Source: Leptospira sp. (GTDB taxonomy: Bacteria > Spirochaetota > Leptospiria > Leptospirales > Leptospiraceae). Taken from it: DNA of 18,995 bases. The stretch is from positions 1 through 18,995 of the forward strand of contig JAWXAQ010000032.1 of NCBI GenBank assembly GCA_034439575.1. Reading direction: 5' to 3'. The translations under genes and the position numbers were made by a program. Under the pieces are notes generated by a model. The model was not told where the DNA came from, made no database searches, and saw only the letters and a list, made by a program, of their open reading frames with translations. This document shows, piece after piece, positions 15,639 through 18,995 of the stretch (the first letter of the stretch is position 1; each line of letters begins with the position of its first letter).

Positions 15639-18609
15639 GGTTTTAAAATTTTCCAAACAAAGACCAATCCTATCTCTGATGATGGGACTATCCTTTGTGT
15701 TATTTGGAATTTTTTCTTTCTATGAGTTGCCATTTGTCAGGATGGAAAAGAAAATCTATCCAGGCATTGCCATACGAACAGAGGCTAGTGGATTTGATGC
15801 AAGTAAAGTAGAAGAAGAGATTACAATTCCTATTGAACGAATCATCGCGCAAGTGGGTGGGGTAAGAAAGATGACTTCTGTTTCTGAAGATGGCACTTCG
15901 CTCATCCAGGTCCAAATGGAAGAAGGACTCAATTTAAAATTTAAATCATTAGAGTTTAGAGAAAAGATAGATATGATTCTTTCCCTTTTTCCAAGGGAAG
16001 TTCATAAACCACAAGTATACAGGTATGATCCAACAAATTCACCCCTCATGGTGATTTCTTTTTCTAAGGATCAGATGAATCAAGATGAACTGCGTGAACT
16101 TGTAGAAAAATCATTTAAGCGAGATTTGGAATCTGTGGATGGTGTGAGCCAAGTCATAGTCGCTGGTGGGAAAATCAGAGAGATTCTCATTGCTTGTGAC
16201 GCCAAACAGATGGAAGCTTATTCGCTGAGCCTTCGTGATATCGTAAATAAATTCCAAGATATCAATCAGAATGATTCGCTAGGGAAGATCAGTGAAACCA
16301 AAGCTGAGTTAACTCTGCAAGTCCGAGAGAAATTTAAGCAGATGTTGCAAATGAGAGATTTACCGGTGAGAGTGGATGCTCTAGGTCGAATTGTTTATTT
16401 AAAAGATATAGCACAAGTTAGTTATTCACCAAGAGACGATCATATCGGGGCAAGGCTTAATGCCAAAGAAAAAGTATCTGTTTTTATTTATAAAAATGAT
16501 TCTAGTGATGCCATTCAAATCGCAAAACAAGTTCGGGCAATCCTCAAAGCAAAAAATCAAACTAAAATTCTAATCGAATTTAATCAAGATGACTCACTTA
16601 TCATTTCGGAGACAACGTATGCTCTATTAGAATTAAGTTTTATTATCATTTTATTATTTGTCTTCTTTTTTTATTTTAATCAATCGATACCTTATTTTCA
16701 TTCGAATTTTATTTTTTCTATCATTTGTGTATTGTTGACTCTGGCTCTAGTGTATCGCCTCTTTGGTCAATCCATCACACTTTCTGGAACTTATGGAATT
16801 TTCTTGGGGAGTATTTTATGGTTTTTGTTTCGTATTAGAGAAGTGGGTTATAGAAAAAGGAGTTTATCCTATCAAAAAAAATATTCGCCTTACAATTTAT
16901 TTTTAGGTATTTTTATTTCCTTATGTGTTTCATATTTCCTCGCGCATGTCGTTTTTGTTTTTTACTTAAACTTAGTTATTAATTTATGCTTTAGTTTTAT
17001 ACTTCTAGATTATTTTTTCCCTGTATTGTATTTAAATCTTACTTCTAAGATAAAGATACCAATTGCAATTCAAAGTCAAATTGTTTCCATTCAAACTAAG
17101 TTTGTTTCTAAATATTTGAAAATGGCGTCTGATTTTTTAATTAAAAAAGGGAAAGATTATTTAGATAAAACCGAAAAGCCGCTATTGAGTCATAAACTAT
17201 TATTTCCTGTGAGTATTCTTTTTCTAAGCATTGTTAGTGTTTATACAATTTTTAAAATAGATATATTTGACAATATTCAATCCGATGAAAAACAAACGGT
17301 TGCTTTTCTCGAATTTCCATCAGGAACTTCTTTTGAACATACGAGTTCTGTCACACTGCAAGCAGAAAAAAAACTGATCGAGATAACTGGAGTCAAACAA
17401 GTTGTTAGTAAAATTGATCCCGCACATTCTTTGCTCCTTATCACACTAGAAGAAGGATTTTTACCTGATAGGGAAATGTTATTATCTTTGAAGGCCGGGG
17501 TAGGATCGACTGATGATGGCTTTTTGTTTTTTGCCTCGGATATGGATTCTTCCTATTTTCAAGAAATCGTTTTTGATGTGATTGGGTATGATCAAAAGGA
17601 ACTTGAACAAATCACGCAAAACCTAACCGAGAAAGTAAAAAATTTAGAAGGAGTAAGTGAAGCGGTTCTACGATACAAACAATCTAGAGAAGAATTAAAA
17701 CTGATTCCGAAATTCGAATCTTTTATGGCTTCTAGTATAACGCTACCATTGTTTGGTGATGAACTTCGATTGGCATTGCAAGGTGGAGTGGCCACCAAGT
17801 TTGTCGATAAAGAAAAGGAAATCGATATTCGTGTGCGTTACTTAGAAAAATATAGAAATTCAAAGAATGATTTTAGTAATATCAGAATCAAAAATAGTAA
17901 AAATAATTTCATTCCAATCGCTGAGATTGTAACGACGACTGAAGATAAAATTCCTTTGAAGTATTACCATAAAAATCGAAGTAGGGTGCTTAGTTTCTCC
18001 GTGAAGATAGACGGAAACTCTTCAAAGATTCGAAAAGATGTGATTGAATTTGTTAAACTTAGTCCTTTGCCCGAAGGATATCATATCGAAGTCGATGGTG
18101 AAAAAGATACGATTCTAAATTATAAAGATAATTTTATATTTTTAATTTACCCAATTATTTTCTATTTCGTTTGGTTCATTTTATTTGGTAGGGCAAAGCG
18201 TTTTGATTTGTTTATATTGGTTATTTTTTTTCCCTATTTGTTTACTTACTTTTTGCTACAGTTTTTTTTCCCAGGGCCATTCTATTTACCGTTCCAAGTG
18301 GGAATGCTACTGTCCTTACCATTGACTACGTATTTTGTCTCACATAAGTTAAATAAGTCGGTCTATATAATTTATTTTTTTATCTTAACATACATATCTA
18401 TGTTAGTGTTGATTAAAACCACAATTCTTAGCTTTTTTTATATATGGGCGTGTTTGACTTTGAATTTTCTTCTGGTTTCTTTTAGTTATAAATTGGTAAA
18501 AGATTGGGAAAGAAATTTCCAGGATACATTGCCATCATTTTATATCAGTCAAATTACGTTTATCATAAAAAAGATATATGATATTAGAAGTTCTTTTAGC
18601 AAAACATAG
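15628..18609 (+). CDS. RND permease-like protein, subunit 2, with divergent transmembrane domain
   Basis: 993 aa. Periplasmic porter/docking motifs are conserved (VEEEITIPIE, FREKID, LESVDGVSQVIVAGGKIREI, LEFPSGTS, IDIRVR). TM4, TM10 and TM11 signatures are not recognisable. Confidence 0.85.
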   Translation: MFFEVLKFSKQRPILSLMMGLSFVLFGIFSFYELPFVRMEKKIYPGIAIRTEASGFDASKVEEEITIPIERIIAQVGGVRKMTSVSEDGTSLIQVQMEEGLNLKFKSLEFREKIDMILSLFPREVHKPQVYRYDPTNSPLMVISFSKDQMNQDELRELVEKSFKRDLESVDGVSQVIVAGGKIREILIACDAKQMEAYSLSLRDIVNKFQDINQNDSLGKISETKAELTLQVREKFKQMLQMRDLPVRVDALGRIVYLKDIAQVSYSPRDDHIGARLNAKEKVSVFIYKNDSSDAIQIAKQVRAILKAKNQTKILIEFNQDDSLIISETTYALLELSFIIILLFVFFFYFNQSIPYFHSNFIFSIICVLLTLALVYRLFGQSITLSGTYGIFLGSILWFLFRIREVGYRKRSLSYQKKYSPYNLFLGIFISLCVSYFLAHVVFVFYLNLVINLCFSFILLDYFFPVLYLNLTSKIKIPIAIQSQIVSIQTKFVSKYLKMASDFLIKKGKDYLDKTEKPLLSHKLLFPVSILFLSIVSVYTIFKIDIFDNIQSDEKQTVAFLEFPSGTSFEHTSSVTLQAEKKLIEITGVKQVVSKIDPAHSLLLITLEEGFLPDREMLLSLKAGVGSTDDGFLFFASDMDSSYFQEIVFDVIGYDQKELEQITQNLTEKVKNLEGVSEAVLRYKQSREELKLIPKFESFMASSITLPLFGDELRLALQGGVATKFVDKEKEIDIRVRYLEKYRNSKNDFSNIRIKNSKNNFIPIAEIVTTTEDKIPLKYYHKNRSRVLSFSVKIDGNSSKIRKDVIEFVKLSPLPEGYHIEVDGEKDTILNYKDNFIFLIYPIIFYFVWFILFGRAKRFDLFILVIFFPYLFTYFLLQFFFPGPFYLPFQVGMLLSLPLTTYFVSHKLNKSVYIIYFFILTYISMLVLIKTTILSFFYIWACLTLNFLLVSFSYKLVKDWERNFQDTLPSFYISQITFIIKKIYDIRSSFSKT

Positions 18610-18708
18610 TTTATTTATGTATATTATGTAATTTGAATGAGATGAAGCTCGCATCGATATTAACAATCAAATCTTTATAGAGTTGTTTATCGGACACAAG
18701 TGGGAATC

Positions 18709-18725
18709 GTCGGATCTTATCCGAC
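18709..18725. other. Perfect short hairpin downstream of the operon
   Basis: GTCGGAT-CTT-ATCCGAC with no U-tract. Could be an mRNA stabiliser, weak terminator or operator. Confidence 0.4.
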
Positions 18726-18883
18726 AATCATCTGTTCTTGTTAGCACTCTTTCAAATTCAAATAGCCCGATCGGTTTAATGTTTTTAAATATAAGGCCAC
18801 CTAAGAAAAAAATACTATGCTAACTTGAATTGAACCCCTAATTTTGGTTAATTCAAAAAAGTGAAAAGTTAGGGTATTTGATT

Positions 18884-18995
18884 ATGTCTCATAAATTGAT
18901 AGAGAAAACGTCTAGGTTAGTTGCAAAAAAAGTTCAGTATTTATCTTATTCGATCATCATACTTATACTAAGTATTCATTCCCTTTTTTCGCAAG
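18884..18995 (+). CDS. 5' end of a secreted protein (signal peptide only, truncated by the window)
   Basis: ATG 18884, 9 nt after AGGG, open to the window end: MSHKLIEKTSRLVAKKVQYLSYSIIILILSIHSLFSQ (basic n-region, hydrophobic core, LFS/Q cleavage-like site). Not in the ORF track. Confidence 0.6.
   Translation, partial: MSHKLIEKTSRLVAKKVQYLSYSIIILILSIHSLFSQ

Noticed and set aside
5835-17798. Numerous short antisense or alternate-frame ORFs inside the TolC-RND operon
   Set aside because: They overlap well-supported long genes and lack motifs.
18709-18727. REP-like element; TATCCGACAA also occurs near 5225
   Set aside because: A single short hairpin and one 10-mer match are compatible with chance. 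No repeat family is evident in this window.

Overview
AT-rich bacterial window. Lipobox and signal-peptide style and gene content suggest a spirochaete such as Leptospira (inference). It has two parts. (1) 1-~5450 is the right end of an accessory/defence island: the 3' end of a gene coupled to an ABC-type ATPase plus HNH nuclease pair (PtuAB/Septu-like, restriction-associated type), a small IS66 transposase relic cut by an internally deleted IS256 with both terminal inverted repeats, a HigBA toxin-antitoxin module, a probable gene relic and a candidate ~70-nt sRNA. (2) 5784-18609 is a tightly coupled 8-gene envelope operon: TolC-like channel, 4x Ig-like Cys-paired lipoprotein, two small lipoproteins, a membrane protein, a long-hairpin adaptor and two RND permeases. 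The operon does not look like an ordinary drug pump. The TolC has a ~44-aa insertion in its barrel region, RND-1 has an Asp/Asp-type relay, RND-2 has no recognisable proton-relay residues, and surface-lipoprotein genes sit between the pump genes. This suggests a dedicated export or surface-assembly machine. The window ends in the signal peptide of another secreted protein, preceded by a possible pseudoknot over its ribosome-binding site.
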